Shown here: positions 50,574 through 64,000 of the stretch, in pieces
Layout of the letters: each line of letters begins with the position of its first letter
Numbering within the stretch: the stretch's first letter is position 1
Source of the DNA: the human T2T-CHM13v2.0 reference genome, Homo sapiens
NCBI RefSeq assembly: GCF_009914755.1
Contig: NC_060936.1
DNA length: 64,000 bases
Direction: 5' to 3' (one strand)
Notes under the pieces: generated by a model
What the model was told of the DNA's origin: nothing
The model's input: only the letters and a program-made list of their open reading frames with translations
The model's database searches: none
Translations under genes and position numbers: made by a program

Positions 50574-52329
50574 TCTGGATATAAAGAAATACAAGCTCCA
50601 CCTTCACCCTTAAGTTTCCCTGGACCAGTTTGGAAAAGAACCTGTCTTCTGCTGCATGTGGGATGAGGGTCTGGGCTAATTTCTTTTGAATTTTAAAAAA
50701 TAGGATACTACAAGGTGATGTATGTAAGATAGATACCTACCTGCTTCCCTGTTCCCTGCTATCCTCCTAATTTTACAGATGGGGAAACTGAGGCCCATAC
50801 ATCAGGAAGAAACCTAACGGAGGTTTCATCTGGTGACTGCCCAATGAGCCTTTTTCTGTGAGACTGTGGTAGGAGATACTAGGCAAGGTTAATGAGCCAA
50901 CCCTTCCTGTCTGCCGTCATCCTTGGTCTGCAGCACTCAGCTCCATTTGGGCGAAATATCACAGACTCTCAGATGCACTGTTATTTTTAAAGGGAGAATT
51001 GTCAAAACTTAAATGAAGGCTGTTTAGTCATATGCATGCTTGTGTGTGTTGGCATATTTGGGCAGGTTACGGGGTATAGTTGGGAATCTGGGTATGACTG
51101 GAAGGGAAAGGGAAAGGAAGGGGGTTTCATGGTCCAATTGCTTGCTTTTAGTTTTTGCTGTAACCTTCCTCCCCAGAGGGGTCATTTCAGTAGAATGCCC
51201 TGAAACATTAAGTCTTGCATGTAAACAGTGGGTGGTCACTTAGTAATGGGAATCTAGGGGAGCCCAAAGGGCGGCCTGATGAAAAACTGGTTCCTCCATT
51301 TTCCTCCCTACAGTGCCTAACATTTCCATCATGAGGTACCCCCTTGGGATGAAGCATGGCTATGCAAATGTCTTTGCTAAGAAGGGAGCAAACTCTGTAA
51401 TATCTACCAATGCTCTGTAAGGATTCATTATTGATAAGCCCTCAAAATGTACTGCTGTTTCTGTTTTCAAAATATTTGCATGTAGACATTGTTATTTGAG
51501 CCTCATCACATTTCTATGTCAAGAACAAATAATGTCCCCATTTTTCAGAGGAATAAACTGAGTCTTGGTCCTAGAAGATAGTGACTTGTCCGGGAGCAAC
51601 CTAAAGAGCAGAGGTGAGAATCCAGGTCTCAGCATATAAACTGTCAGAGTATTAGATGATTAGTGTTTTTACCTTCAAACAGGATTACATTAAAATGTTT
51701 TGCAGTTAGATTTTGGTTGTGCGAGTGATAAATTTTTGTTGTAGAAAAATTAGAAAATGAAGAAAAGCCAACAAAGAAACAAAACTTTAGCCATCATCCT
51801 ACAAAGATTGTCTTATTTTCATTTTGGGGTATAACCTTCTTGTCTTCTTTTCCATAGCATTATGACTTTTTTTTTTTACAAAAATGGAATAAGAATATAT
51901 AGAATTCCATGATGTGAATGTATCGTTACTTACTTGACAAGCCATATGGTAGCAAGCATTTACTGAGCTTATTTGTTGAAAAGCAAAATGCCAGGACAGT
52001 GATGGTTATATGAATGGATAAAGCATGGTTCTTATAATCCAGATTAACATGCTGCTGAGCTAGGCAGAGGCAGACAATTCTCATTTGTTCAAAACTAGAT
52101 TGAATATCTGCTATGTTCCAGGCACTGTCCAAGGCATCAGGGATGCGTCTGAGATCAGTATAGAAAAGGTCTTATGAGGCTCTTTTATTGTTGGATGGAG
52201 ACGGATGATAAGGAAATAAATGCAAGAGTAGATGGGTATGTGTTTATAAATATGATGAGTTGGTAATAGGTTTTATGAAGGAAAATAAAATGGGTTCAGG
52301 AGAGAGAATGAGGAATGACAAGACATTAT

Positions 52330-53130
52330 TTTATTTTGTTTTGCTTTTGTTATTTTTAATTGATGCATAACAATTGTACACATTTAAGAGGGAAAATGTG
52401 ATATTTCCATACATGGATGCAATGTGTAATGATCAAATCAGGATAATTAGCATATCCATCACCTCAAACATTTATCATTTCTTTGTGTGGAAACCATTTA
52501 AAATCCACTCTTCTAGCTATTTGAAAATATACAATAAATTGTGCTTCATGATAGTCACCTTGTAGTACTATAGAACACTAGAACTTATTTCTCCTACTAG
52601 TTGTACTTTTGTTTCCCTTAACTAACCTTAGCTATCCCCCCTCCTCCCATCCTTCCCCACCTCTAATAAAGACTATTCTATTCTCTAATTCTGTGAGATC
52701 TGTTTTGCAGCTTCCACATATGAGTGAGAATATGGGGTATTTATTTTTCTGTGCTTGGCTTATTTCACTTAACATAGTGTCCTTTGAGCTCATCCATGCT
52801 TCTGTGAATGATAGAATTGTGTTCGTTTTATGCCTAAATAGTATTCCACTGTGTATATAAACCACATTTTCTTCATCTGTTGATGGACAGCTAAGTAGAT
52901 TCTATTATCTTGACTATTGTGAATACTGCTGCAATAGATAGGGGAGTCCAGATATCCCTTTGACATACTGATTTCCTTTCCTTTGGGCATATACCCAGAA
53001 GTGGGACTGCTAGGTCATGTGGTAGTTCTATTTTTAGTTTTTTGCGGAATGTCCATACTGTTCTCCATAGTGCCTGTACTAATTTACATTCCTACCAACA
53101 GTATATGAGTTCCCCTTTCTCTGCATCCTT
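52330..53130 (-). mobile_element. L1MA(8/9-like) 3' end
   Basis: AATGTGTAATGATCAAATCAGGATAATTAGCATATCCATCACCTCAAAC; peptide DTMLSEISQAQKNKYPIFSLICGS. Confidence 0.9.
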
Positions 53131-53149
53131 TGAGTGAAGAATGAACCAG

Positions 53150-54210
53150 CAGCAAGTTCAAAGGAGGTGGGAAGGAGGTTGGTGCTGGGGAGCACCATAG
53201 GAGGAGAAGAGTGGAGGAGAGTTAGGTTTGCTTGTAGATACGTTAGGAATACCCAAAAGTATTGTGAGCAGAAAGAATGTTAGTGTGGTTGAAGAGGTAG
53301 CCTGGGACAAGGTTGTTTAGGACCTTGAAGGCCACAGTAAAATAGCTAAATGGTGGAGGGATGGTGAGCTTTAAGAGAGGCTTAAGCAGATGAGTGATAT
53401 GAGCTTATGTCAATTTTCAAAGGTTCATTTTGGCCTCTGTAGAGACAGTGAACATGGTGAAAGGCAGTAAGAAAAGCCAGAAGACCAATTTGGAGGGTGC
53501 TGAAATTATCCAGGAGGGAGACAATGGTGGCTTGGACCAGGGCAGTAATGAAGGGGATGATGTGGGTTCCAGTTCAGAATATATGGTGAAGGTTGAACTC
53601 TCAGGACTTCCCAAAGAATTAGCTCTGGGAGTGAGAGATGGAAAATGATCAAGGATGATTGAGACTGGGTGATTAGTGGTCCCACAACTAAGGTGGAGAG
53701 GACCGTGGGAGGAGAAGAATGGATGAGAGTTAGAGGTTTGGTTGTAGATAGGTTAAAATCATTGTTAGACTGCCAAGGGGAGATCCTAATCACTCAGATA
53801 TACAAGCCTGGAAGTAAGGGGACAAGTTGCAATTAAAAATGTAAATTTCAGGCCAGACATGGTGGTTCATGCTTGTAATCCCAGCGCTTTGGGAGGCTAA
53901 AGTAGGAAAATGGCTTGAGGTTAGGAGTTTGAGACCAGCCTGGCCAACATAGCAAGACCCTGTCTTTAAAAAAAAATTTGAAGTAGCTGGGCATGGTCCA
54001 CACACCTGTAGTTCTAGCTACTTGGAAGCCTGAGGCGGGAGGATCTCTTGAGTCCAGGAATATGAGTCTGAAGTAAGCTATGATTACATCACTGCACTCC
54101 ATCCTGGGCCATAGACTAAGACCCTATCTCTACAAAACAATAAAATAAGATATAAATCTCAGAGTCATCAGTGTATAGAGGCTCTTGAAAGCTATGGGAC
54201 TGGATGGGAA
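53150..54210 (-). mobile_element. L2, continuing the fragment at about 52070-52320
   Basis: CCAGGAGGGAGACAATGGTGGCTTGGACCAGGGCAGT; GAGTCATCAGTGTATAGAGG. Confidence 0.75.
53851..54150 (+). mobile_element. AluJ
   Basis: Dimer; TSD approximately A(A/G)AT(G/A)TAAAT(T/C)TCA. Confidence 0.92.
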
Positions 54211-55179
54211 AATGACTCTTTGGTGTGGGGTTGGGAGAAGGGAGGCTTGAGTTTCAATGGGGTTGGGGGATAGTAAGAATATGAAGACTACCTTCACTTA
54301 ATTTGTGGTTGTGCTGAAGACGGGCTGGTTCTATATGCTTGATGATAATGGGATTGATCTTGATGAGAAAGTGGTCCCAATTTTACCTCTAGAGAAAGAT
54401 AGAGGTGAGGAGCACTGAGCATTGAACAGAAGGTTATAAGACCCTGAGAACAAGACAGAGGGAAAGGCAGGAAATTAAGATAAAAAGGAGGCCAGGTCAG
54501 GAAGAAGAGTGGAAGAAGAAGAAGGACTAGGTTATATTCAAGTTGGCAAAAATGAGCCCAGGGAGGCTTGTCTCTGCAAATAGGCTGTGGCTTTAGGTTA
54601 ATCACTGACACCTAGGGAGCCAGTCATGCTGGTTGGCACAGATGCTGACACAGTCCTTTCACATCTTCCAACAGAGTCAGGCTTTCCATTGCCTCCCTCC
54701 TTTGTCCATTAGTTGGCATGGATTTTGGTGCATCCTGTGAATACAGTCATTGCATCTTGCATTATTCACCTGCTGAGATACTACCCATTATTTTATATCT
54801 ATGGATTTTAAAAAATGCTTCTGAGAACTTGACGCAAGTTTGTGTGTAAACAGCAAGCTCTAGGAGACCCCAAAGTGATTTCTCCTCCCTCCCACCTTTG
54901 TTTGTTTCTCCCTCCCACCCTTCTTCCTCCATCCTTGTATACATACATGCATGCATCCATCCTTCCACTATCCAGTTCTCAATCCTTTTAGCCAATCAAT
55001 AACTCTTATTAAGCTCTTGTGTTTTGACAGGTTTTGGGCTAGGTGTCAAAGACATAAAGAAAATAAGATACAGCTACTCTAAAGGAAATAGGAAGGACAA
55101 GATTGCTGTGATCTGCTCTAGACAGGTAGTGATGTCTTACTTGTAATTCCCCAAAGCAAGTCAGTCCACATACTAGTTA

Positions 55180-56355
55180 CATTGTAATTACTTGAAGACC
55201 TTTTAAAAATACATATTCCTGCACCCACCCCAGAATCAAAATCTTCCAGGGAGTTGATTTTGAAAAGGTCCCCAGGCCATTCTAATGCTTGGTCAGGTCT
55301 GGGAATTCAGCCAACTGAGGTTCAAGTGGGTTCTGAGTCTCAGTTGCCTCTGATGAAGAATGGTGTGATTTATAATTGTTCCACCACCTTGTGGCATTGT
55401 TAGAAGTAAATGAGGTTGCATTAGAGAAAACTCTTAGCACAGGAATGCTTCCTAGTGGGTCTTCTGGACATATGTGTGGAGGCTAAGTCCTCCTCAAGAC
55501 TCAAAGAACCAGCAGCATCAGCACCACCTGGTTAGAAATGCAGAATCCCGGCCCCACCCAGGAAGAACCAAATCAGAATCTCCCTGGTGATTCACATTTA
55601 CGTCTGAGTTGGCTGGTAGAAAGGGTAAGCCGCTAGTCCAGCTTGTCACTGAGGCAGTCACACCTGGGAGCAGATCGTCTCTATTAAGGAACACTAATGA
55701 AACATAAAAATGATTTCCTCGGTTGTAATTGTGGGATGCTGCTCTGGAGTTGTAACTCTGGGTTGCTCTGTTTGTGGGTTATTGAAGTGCCCATTGCACA
55801 GCATGGTGTGTCATTCCTGGAAGGCAGAGGCAATAGACAGGCATGGGAGCTCTGGATAACTCCATCTCCCTGGCTGAAGTGGTCCTCTCCTCTCTATTTG
55901 AAGAGTCACACCTGCCCCTCCCCACCAGGGCAGGCTGCTCCTCTGAAGACACTGTGAGTGTCACAGGGCACAGAGCAATGTCTTCTCCCAAGAATTGAAG
56001 CTAGATTCGGGGGAGTTCCTGTCTCTTAACACTTCTTGAACTTGAATGTGCACATGAACCATCTGAATTATCTAGGGATCATCTGAAAACACAGATTGGG
56101 ATTCTGCACGTTTGGGGCAGGACCTGAGACATGTGCGTTTCTAATACACTCCCAGGCAATGCTGACACTTCAGATCCATGGACCACACTTTCATGAGGAA
56201 GACACCAGCACTACTCAGTAGCCTTCAAAGAATGCCAACTTTTCCTCCCACCCACAATGAATTAAATCAGAATTTCTGGAGGTAGAACCTGCACATGAGT
56301 TGGCTTCAGAAGCTCCACAGGTGATTCAGATATGTAGTGAGGATTGAGAACTGCT
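55180..56355. mobile_element. Cluster of MER5A/B relics (about 55180-55310, 55495-55610, 56015-56195, 56200-56355) with a MIR
   Basis: GTTAGAAATGCAGAATCCCGGCCCCACCC; TTTCTAATACACTCCCAGGCAATGCTG; GATTGAGAACTGCTG. Confidence 0.7.
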
Positions 56356-56364
56356 GATTTAAGA

Positions 56365-56598
56365 AAACTCTTTTTCTTTTCTTTTCCCTTCCCTTCTCCT
56401 TCCTTCCTTTCTCCCTTCCTTCCTTTCTTTCTTTCTTTCCTTCTTTCTTTCTTCCTTTCTTTCTTCTTCCTTCCTTCCTACCCTCCCTCCATCCCTCCCT
56501 TCCTTTCTTCCTCCCTCCCTTCCTTCCCTCCCTCCCTTTTTTCCTTTTTCCTTCCCTCTTTTTTTCTCTCTTTCCTCCTTTTCTTCCTTCACTTTTTT
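56365..56598. repeat. Polypyrimidine (TTCC/TTTC/CCCT)n tract
   Basis: About 230 nt of almost pure C/T. Confidence 0.95.
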
Positions 56599-56699
56599 TG
56601 GAAACATTGTGATACAGAGCAGACAGGTGAATTGAGAAAGAGCTGTCTGCTCCAATTAAAGGAATGATCATGGAGAGACTATTGATAGGAATACTCTCC

Positions 56700-56790
56700 T
56701 TCAAGAGAATCTCTCGGTTAAGGAAGTCTTTCCAGGAGTCTAGTTTGAATCCTGCATGCTGCAACTGAATTATGTCCTACTTTTATTTCT
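56700..56790 (-). mobile_element. Possible L3/CR1 fragment
   Basis: AGGAAGTCTTTCCAGGAGTCTAGTTTGAATCCTGCATGCTGCAA resembles the L3 consensus as recalled. Confidence 0.4.
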
Positions 56791-57256
56791 TCTCCCGTTT
56801 ATGGGAATTCGAATTCTCCTGTTGTTCATGTCTAAAGAGACACAGCCTGCACAGATAGCCCTTGGCATGACCCACTTCTATCTCCTACATTCCCAAAGCT
56901 TGCTGGGATGACATGCAGTGAAAGTCTGAGGAGAAGGGAGAATGCATCTGCAAGACTTGGCACTCTGGGTCCCAAGACACAGAAGCCTAATTCAAAGATA
57001 ATTAGGCCCCCAAAATGATTTATATTTGTTCATGTAACTGAAACATTGGCCATTCCAGCTGGATCCCTTGGGTCAAATGACATCCTCTGTAGCCTCCTCG
57101 CTCTGTTCCTCTCTGTCTCCTCCCATCCTTTCCCCTTCCCCCGTCTCAGCTCTTAGTTACTGCATGTTGGTTTCATTCTCAGGCAGGCTCTCCCTTTGTG
57201 ATAACAAGAAGATAACCAGCAGCTCCAGGCTCATATCCTATTCTTTTAGAAAACCC

Positions 57257-57550
57257 GCAGTGGCTCAGGCCTATAATCCCAGCACTTTGGGAGGCCAAGG
57301 CGGATGGATCACCTGAGGTCAGGAGTTCAGGACCAGCCTGGCCAACATGGCAAAACTCCATTTCTACTAAAAAATACAAAAATTAGCCAGACGTGGTGGC
57401 GGAAGCCTATAATCCCAGCTACTCGAGAGGCTGAGGCAAGGAGAATTGTTTAAACCTGGGAGGCCAAGGTTGCAGTGAGCCAAGATTGCACCACTGCACT
57501 ACAAGCTGGGCAACAGTGAGACTCTGTCTCAAAAAGAGAAGAGAAGAAAA
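57257..57550 (+). mobile_element. AluS (Sx/Sz-like), inserted in an old MLT1K/L-like LTR (about 57030-57780)
   Basis: Dimer; TSD AGAAAACCC on both sides. Confidence 0.93.
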
Positions 57551-58249
57551 GAAAACCCAAAAAACAAAATGGAGGTATTTCCCTTTCCTGGCATTTCCCG
57601 CAAATTCAAAGGATAGAGTCTTGTTTGTTGTGATTGGTTCATAATCCTATCATTCAGTCAATCAATAAGACCAGGGTGATGTGAACACCTGATTGGCCAG
57701 TTCGGGGCTATCCTATCTGCAGATATGGAGCCAGCCCCACCCACCCAAACCAGAAGGAGTCCTGGATGCTGAGCAGACCCTGCAAGATGCCCTGTGCAGC
57801 CTCCTAAATGCTCATAACCCACAGTCCTGGGGCAATCAGGCCTTGCCCAGCCCAGCATGTCATTCCTCTAGGGCCCTTCATAAACTCTTCTTCAGTGTTT
57901 ATTGTGTGAGGAGTTTTCTGATAACTTTGCTCTCTGGAGAACACAGCAGAGAGACTCATTTCCAGCAGGTATGGAATTGAAAAGATGGTAGGAAGGGGAG
58001 CAGAGCACACAAACATATGGAGAGGTTTTTCCTTCCTGTCCTCGTGACCCCACATTTAATTTCAAAATAGACTTCTATTCACCCTCTGGGAGAGTGGCCA
58101 AGGGCGTGGGATGGAGGCTGAAGAGCACAACTCCTGGCTAATTTTCCTCCCAGGATTCCAGAATGGAATCAACTCTTCAGTTTTGAAAAGTGCAGTCTTA
58201 TCCATGGACATGAGATGATTAAAGTACTATAGGGGTGGGAGGAGGCCCT

Positions 58250-58887
58250 CTGCTGTTTTTGAAAGGTTGTAAATTCAGATAATGTCAATTCCCACTTCAA
58301 ACCTTCCAGCAGCTTCTCACCTGTCTTAGGGTCAAATCTAAACTCCTGACACATGCGGACCTGGCCCTGTGTCCACTCCATTCTGAATTTGTGACACATT
58401 GATCAAAATGCTGATTTTGTGATACACTGGTCAAAATACTGCAGCCCCACCTGCCCGCCTTCTGTTCCTTGGTGCGTCTCTGCCTCTTGTCTTAGGTGCT
58501 TCACATGTGCAATTCCCCTCCTTGGAGCTCTTTCTTCCCTTCTCACCTGGATTCTCACCCCAGCCTCGTTCTCTTCCTTGTTCACTTCTAAACTTTTAAT
58601 TAAAATGCTGCATCTGGTGATAACCTCACCTGGTCACCCACCTCCAGTCTGAATTAGGCTGACCAGCATAACTCCCTGATTTTCCCTTTTCCAGCTCCCA
58701 CATAATTTGACCTTAAACATTTCTTGCACTCTCTATGACACTTCCATTGTTCTGTTTGACTCTAGGCTCCATGAGTATGGGAACCTTATCTGGTTTTGTT
58801 CATCAGTATGTCTCTTGGTCTTAGTTTGACCCTGCCACATAGTAGGTGCTCTGCAAGTAGTTGCTGAATGAATGAATGAATGAATGA
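58250..58887 (+). mobile_element. L2 3' region
   Basis: TCAGATAATGTCAATTCCCACTTCAAACCTTCCAG..CCACATAGTAGGTGCTC..(TGAA)n. Confidence 0.82.
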
Positions 58888-58970
58888 GTCTGATGATGTT
58901 CCCTGTGTCTCTCAAATTTGTCTACACATAAAATTCAATTGGGGGGTCTTGTTAAAAATACAGCTTTCCT

Positions 58971-59098
58971 GAGCTGCGTTGCAGCAGCTCACTCCTGTAA
59001 TCCCAGCACTTTGGGAAGCTGAGGCAGGAGGATGGTTTGAGCCCACGAGTTCGAGATCAGCCTGAGCAACAAAGTGAGACCCTGTCTCTTTAAAAAAA
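58971..59098 (+). mobile_element. FLAM inside a MER5-like relic
   Basis: GCTCACTCCTGTAATCCCAGCACTTTGGG..GAGACCCTGTCTC. Confidence 0.85.
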
Positions 59099-60179
59099 TT
59101 GCAGACTTCCTAAACCCTTCTCTTGGATCTTCAGATGCAAAATATCAGTGGATCCTGGGAAAACCACTAGGTACTTTTAAAAAGGTTTGCCAGGGTTAGA
59201 AATAAACAGGGCGCCCAGAGAGGACCAGGGGCAAAGATAATTTTTTGTTTTAATTTAGTTTTCAATGAATCAGAGGAGTGAAAGAAAACATGAGCAAACA
59301 GTATTAAAAATTTAGCAATGGAAGGAGAGAGAGAAATGTTTGTTTGTAAGAATGCTAAGTCATGGTTGTCCTGAACATCATAAGCAGAACCCTAGCTAAG
59401 TAGATAGGGTTCAATTTGAGTTAGTTTGTGTGCTGCTTGCAGTGTGTGCTTGTTTCTATCTTGATGACAATTGGGTGATTTCTATACACAGAGAGCTAGG
59501 AAGTCCAATAATATTCTTTTGCTGGCTCTATCGCATTTCTGATAGAACCTCCCACTTCCATGCCCAGACACTGCATTCATAGTGTGATATACCTACCTTC
59601 CCTGCTGGTTAGAATATTTTCAGCTCCTTTCCCCACACTCTGACAGAATGGATTCAAGGAATTCAAACACACTGTAGCTTCCTTTTGTTCTGTGAACACA
59701 GGTAATTAAAAGCCCACCAGCTTTCTATGCTGGCAGTAGCATGGATTAGCTTATTATTTCTTGGCATGTTCTATTAGCAACTCACTCCTGAAAAAGAAAC
59801 AAATAAACAAACAAATCAGCCTTCATCTTAACTGATAAACTTCTACCTTCTTGAGGTCAGGAAGTGTTTCTTCCATTTTTCAGATATCACCTTCATTAGA
59901 ACTTTGCACACATTTACCACGGCTTGTCATTAATTAATACTAAGGATATGCGTTATTATTATTATGATACTTCATAGCATTTTTATGTCACTTTGCAGTT
60001 TGCCAACACATTTCTGTATTATTTTATGTAATTTTGCAAGTGACTCATAATTAGAAACCCTTTGGGTATACTTTAAACATACATTCCTAAGACCTACTCC
60101 AGAAAGCCTATACGAATGGAATCTGAATGTTTAGCACTCTCTCGGGTGATTTTTAGGATTAGCCAGAAAGGGGGCCCAC

Positions 60180-60610
60180 CAGTGTGGTGGCTAGGTATCT
60201 GGGCTTGGGAATCAGCCTGAGCTGGGATTATATCCTGGCCTCTCTAGGACCGTATACACATTACTACAGCTCGCCAAGCCCTAGAGTTGACCCATCTGTA
60301 AAATGGGGCTGATGAGACCAATATCAGGGGGATTAAATGAGAGCACATGGGTATAGAATGTGCTCAGTAAGCAGCACCATCTGCAATAATGTATTTCTTT
60401 CTTCTAGTGGCATAAAATAGCAGCTAAGGACCTACATTTGGGGTTCAAACCCTGTCTCTTCCATTTATAACCTAAATTACTACTGAGTCTCAGTCTCCTC
60501 ATCTGTAAAATGGGGATAATGGACATATTTACCTCGAAGAATTGTTTTGAGGATTAAACTAATTGATTATGAAAAGTGGCACTTTAGAACAAAATCTGGC
60601 ACACCCTGAA
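60180..60610 (+). mobile_element. Two tandem MIRs
   Basis: CATCTGTAAAATGGGG cores at ~60292 and ~60500. Confidence 0.8.
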
Positions 60611-61459
60611 CTCTGTATCAGGGCTAGGTATGGCAATTTTTACATCCATTTTATGAAAGAGGATGCATATACCTGCTAGGAGGGGAAATAAGACTGCAAA
60701 GCCTGTCTTCTCTGCCCAAATGCTGGGCTCTTCCCAATTGACAAAGCTAACTGTTGATGCTAACCTTTCCTAAGACTCAAAAGCAGGACAATGAATGCTC
60801 ATCTCTGTTTTTTCCCTTGTGGGGAGAGAAAGGATCAAGTCTTTACCACACTCCATTGCCAGTTCTCCTTCCCTCCTGCAGCCCTTCTTTGTTTTCCTAT
60901 CCCAGAGCCAGGCCCCATCACCACTTTTCAGAAATGCCATCTTACCGGGGCACCACCCTCAGAGGCCCTAAAAGACAGAGTGATTTGGGATTCTCATCTC
61001 ATCTCCATTTGTCTGCTAGAGTCTGGGCAGACAGCAGAACACAGTCATCTAATTAGAAGTCTCGTCTCCTCTGGGGCTCGGGGCTACTGGTGCATGGCTC
61101 CCACATTTCCCAGGCAGGGATGGGATGCCTCATCAGCTAGGCTAGCAGTGGAGGCTTCCCCACAAAGGCCTGAGAGGCAAGAGTGTTTCCCAAACCCTGG
61201 ATTAGGAAGTCAGGAGCCTGGATATTGCAGACCCAGGACCAGGGTTTACATGGATGTGGCTGCTGAGAAGGACATCACCCTGTCTCTCTGAGCCTCACTG
61301 TCTTTATCTGTATGGTAGAATTATCATTGTACCTACCTCCCAGGCTTGTTGGGCTTATGTATATAAAGTCATGACCTCAAGATCCCCTGACCTCTACCCC
61401 ATTCCTTTAATGTCCCCCTTGCTTTTTCTCCTCCCTTTCTAAACTCTTTATTGGTATGG

Positions 61460-61700
61460 TTAGAGAGGAAGAATATAGCAGTGATTGAGAACATGCACAT
61501 TGGAGTGACCTGCTTAACTATATATTTGGTCCCTGACTTTTTCAGCTATGATATCTTGAGCACATCACTTCACCTCACTGAAGCCCAATTTCCTCATCTA
61601 TAAATTGGAGATGATCATCCTGGACCCTCCTTGTATGATTGTTGTGATTGTAAAGTGGGGCATATAGTAAGTGCTCAATAATTATCCTCTGTCATTATCA
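61460..61700 (+). mobile_element. MIR
   Basis: CACTTCACCTCACTGAAGCCCAATTTCCTCATCTATAAA..TAGTAAGTGCTCAATAA. Confidence 0.75.
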
Positions 61701-62084
61701 TGAAGCAAATATGGGGATGCACTCTTACTTCTCATTTACTATGTGGATGATAGAGCAATGTTCTCTTCCAGGAACCTCATCATCTATGTGCTTTGACAAC
61801 CTCAGGACTCAGCTTGTGGGGGCCCTCCTCTGCAAAGCTTTTCCTGAGAGTTGTCCTCCTCCTAACCTGTGTTCAGCTTTCCTTTCAGCCCTCTGAGCTT
61901 CCTCCATCATAGGGCTTTGCATATGGCATTCTTTAAGTCTGTCTTCTGTGCTGGACTTGGATTTCTTTGGGACAGGGCTCATGCATTAATACCTGTGTTT
62001 TTGGTACCTTGGGCAGCACCTCGGACAGCACCTTGCATCTATTTGGAACTTTGTTGAAAGAATGAAGACACTAAGAGCTTAAAG

Positions 62085-62340
62085 CAGTGTTTCTCAAAGC
62101 AATTTGACCATGCAAAATACATTTTACATGGCAAAACTGGTGATGCATGTGTGCACACACACACACGGTGGGAGATAAATGCTTATATCGGTTTGATATT
62201 TGTTTCACATTTCATTACACCCAATGCACTCTGATAATTCCTCCCTTCTCCCCTCCCCTCCTCTTCTCATCTATTTCATTTTTAAATGTCTGGGATCTAC
62301 TAAATTCATTTCAGAACTAACTGTTCTGAGTTGAGAAGCA
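62085..62340. mobile_element. hAT-Charlie-type relic
   Basis: CAGTGTTTCTCAA.. and ..TTGAGAAGCAG TIR-like ends. Confidence 0.5.
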
Positions 62341-62344
62341 GTAT

Positions 62345-62600
62345 CTTGTAATGCTAAGAGCATGAACCACTGGAAAAAGTTAGGCCAGGGTTCAGATTCC
62401 AAAACCATAGCTTACCAATTATGTATCCTAAGAACATCACTTTAACTCTATAAACCTCAATTTATTTATCTGTGAAATGGAGCTAATAATTGTACCTGCT
62501 TCGTAGGTTTCTTGTGAGAAGTTAATGAGATAATAGGAATAAAGCAGTAAGCATAGAGCTTGGTATGTATTGAGTCTTTAACAAATGGTTGTCGTTATCA
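62345..62600 (+). mobile_element. MIR
   Basis: CCTCAATTTATTTATCTGTGAAATGGAGCTAATAATTGTACCTGCTTCGTAGG. Confidence 0.8.
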
Positions 62601-64000
62601 GAATCATTCATGGAACTCTTGTATGACTTTACTCTTTTCCCTCAAGACCTTCCCAAGTCTCGGTATTCTCTTAATCTTTGTCCTCGGTCTCATTCACTTC
62701 CCCATAGGCCACTGACAATGATCTCACCACTCTCAGAAGCATAAGAATGAGCCATGGATTCACAGTGGTGTAGCCTGAGGAGGTGATTTGACGGAAGACA
62801 GCAGAAATCTCATCACTGACCCAGGAGGTGAAGGAAATACCCAGTGGTATGGAATCTGCCCTTTCCCTGATTCCTCCTGATGCTAGTGGGAAGTATTTAA
62901 AGATCTCAATTAATTGCCACATCTAATTTAATCCCTCCTCCAGTGACTCGATGGAGCCCAAAGACTTTCCTCCCCAGCTCTTCTCCCTCCGCCTCAGCAA
63001 TTTCAAGGTCCAGGACCCTGGCCAGCATGAGAGGAGAGAGTGGAAACTAAGACATAAATCAAACTTACATCAGGAATACAGTCACCTATCACCAGGACCT
63101 CAGGATGCCTGGTCATCCCTCCAAGAACCATGAGCACTGTTAGAGAAAAGTCACAAAAACAATTCAACATTATTCCAATTCTTGCTTGCCATCCTGCATT
63201 TCTTGGCCTGGAGATTCCCTTACCCTCAAAGTCAATGCTTCTGGAGTAAGCAGAGCAGTACCAAATGGCTAAGGGCCCCTCTTGGAGGCTGGACCTATAT
63301 CACAACAGTATATGCATGTGATACCTCCTAGTATGGTGCTTAGGAGTCAGGCAGATCTGGTTCTAACACAAACTCTGCCACCAACCAGCTGTGTGCCCTT
63401 GGTCCAGTAAGTTAACTTCTGTTTCTCCATTTCCCCTTTGGAATTTTAACAATATCAAAATACTACCTATTATATTATACAACAAAATAAAATAATGCAC
63501 TTTAAACATCTGGTATCTTTGTTTCCTCAGTAAATTTCAGAGTCATCCTTATTATTGCTGTTACTGTTGTTGTTTTAATTAACAATAATTGCAAATAAGC
63601 ACTTTAGCTTCTGAATTTAATGCTAGAATATCTTTTAACATGAAGAATTCTTGACCTCCACTCTCATCATCTCCTTTTGACCCGGGAGAACCCAGTTGTT
63701 CCTGTGGACTTGCAATCTTGTTATTTCCTAGGCAAGGGCACTAGATGCACTGACATTTGCTTGAACTTAAGCCTGCAAGGAAGGAAGAAGCAGTTCTTTC
63801 CTTCTGAATACCAGATAGTTTCTAACTGCTGCTGAATAGGGGTAGAATATAAATAGCGGGTCAGAGAAAAAATACCCTCGTTTCTTTTTTTTTTCTTCTT
63901 CTCTGGCCTCAAATCTTTCTCTCATCTCCCAGAAATGACTGATTTCACTGCTATCCTGCCACATACCTTGCACTGTGAGTTCCTTAAGGCCAGATGTGAT

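Noticed and set aside
62671-62922. 83-aa minus-strand ORF in unique sequence
   Set aside because: No recognisable homology or splice context; length within random expectation

Overview
Human (primate) genomic DNA: about 40% GC by eye, CpG-depleted, and dominated by interspersed repeats (L1PA/PB/MA/MB/ME, L2, L3, MIR, AluJ/S/Y including a human-specific AluYb8, MaLR/ERVL/ERV1 solo LTRs, hAT and Tigger DNA-transposon relics). I found no protein-coding exon, CpG island or intact gene. The long ORFs in the track are L1 ORF2, Alu, LTR, Tigger7 or microsatellite read-throughs. The window looks like a large intron or a regulatory gene desert. The only RNA-gene relic is a 3'-truncated ('tailless') 5S rRNA retropseudogene. 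The most interesting signals are: (i) a ~1.1 kb repeat-free block at 23.0-24.1 kb with overlapping splice signals on both strands, including a candidate frame-preserving 24-nt microexon; (ii) several local template-copying scars (two ectopic direct copies of nearby DNA and four fold-back/inverted structures); (iii) a CTCF site with a correctly spaced upstream motif; (iv) several homeodomain/FOX/SOX-rich unique islands; (v) an L1 with a premature poly(A) tail nested in another L1. Repeat subfamily names come from recalled consensus motifs. Boundaries of old repeats are approximate (about +/-20-50 bp). I see no evidence of a wholly new biological system.
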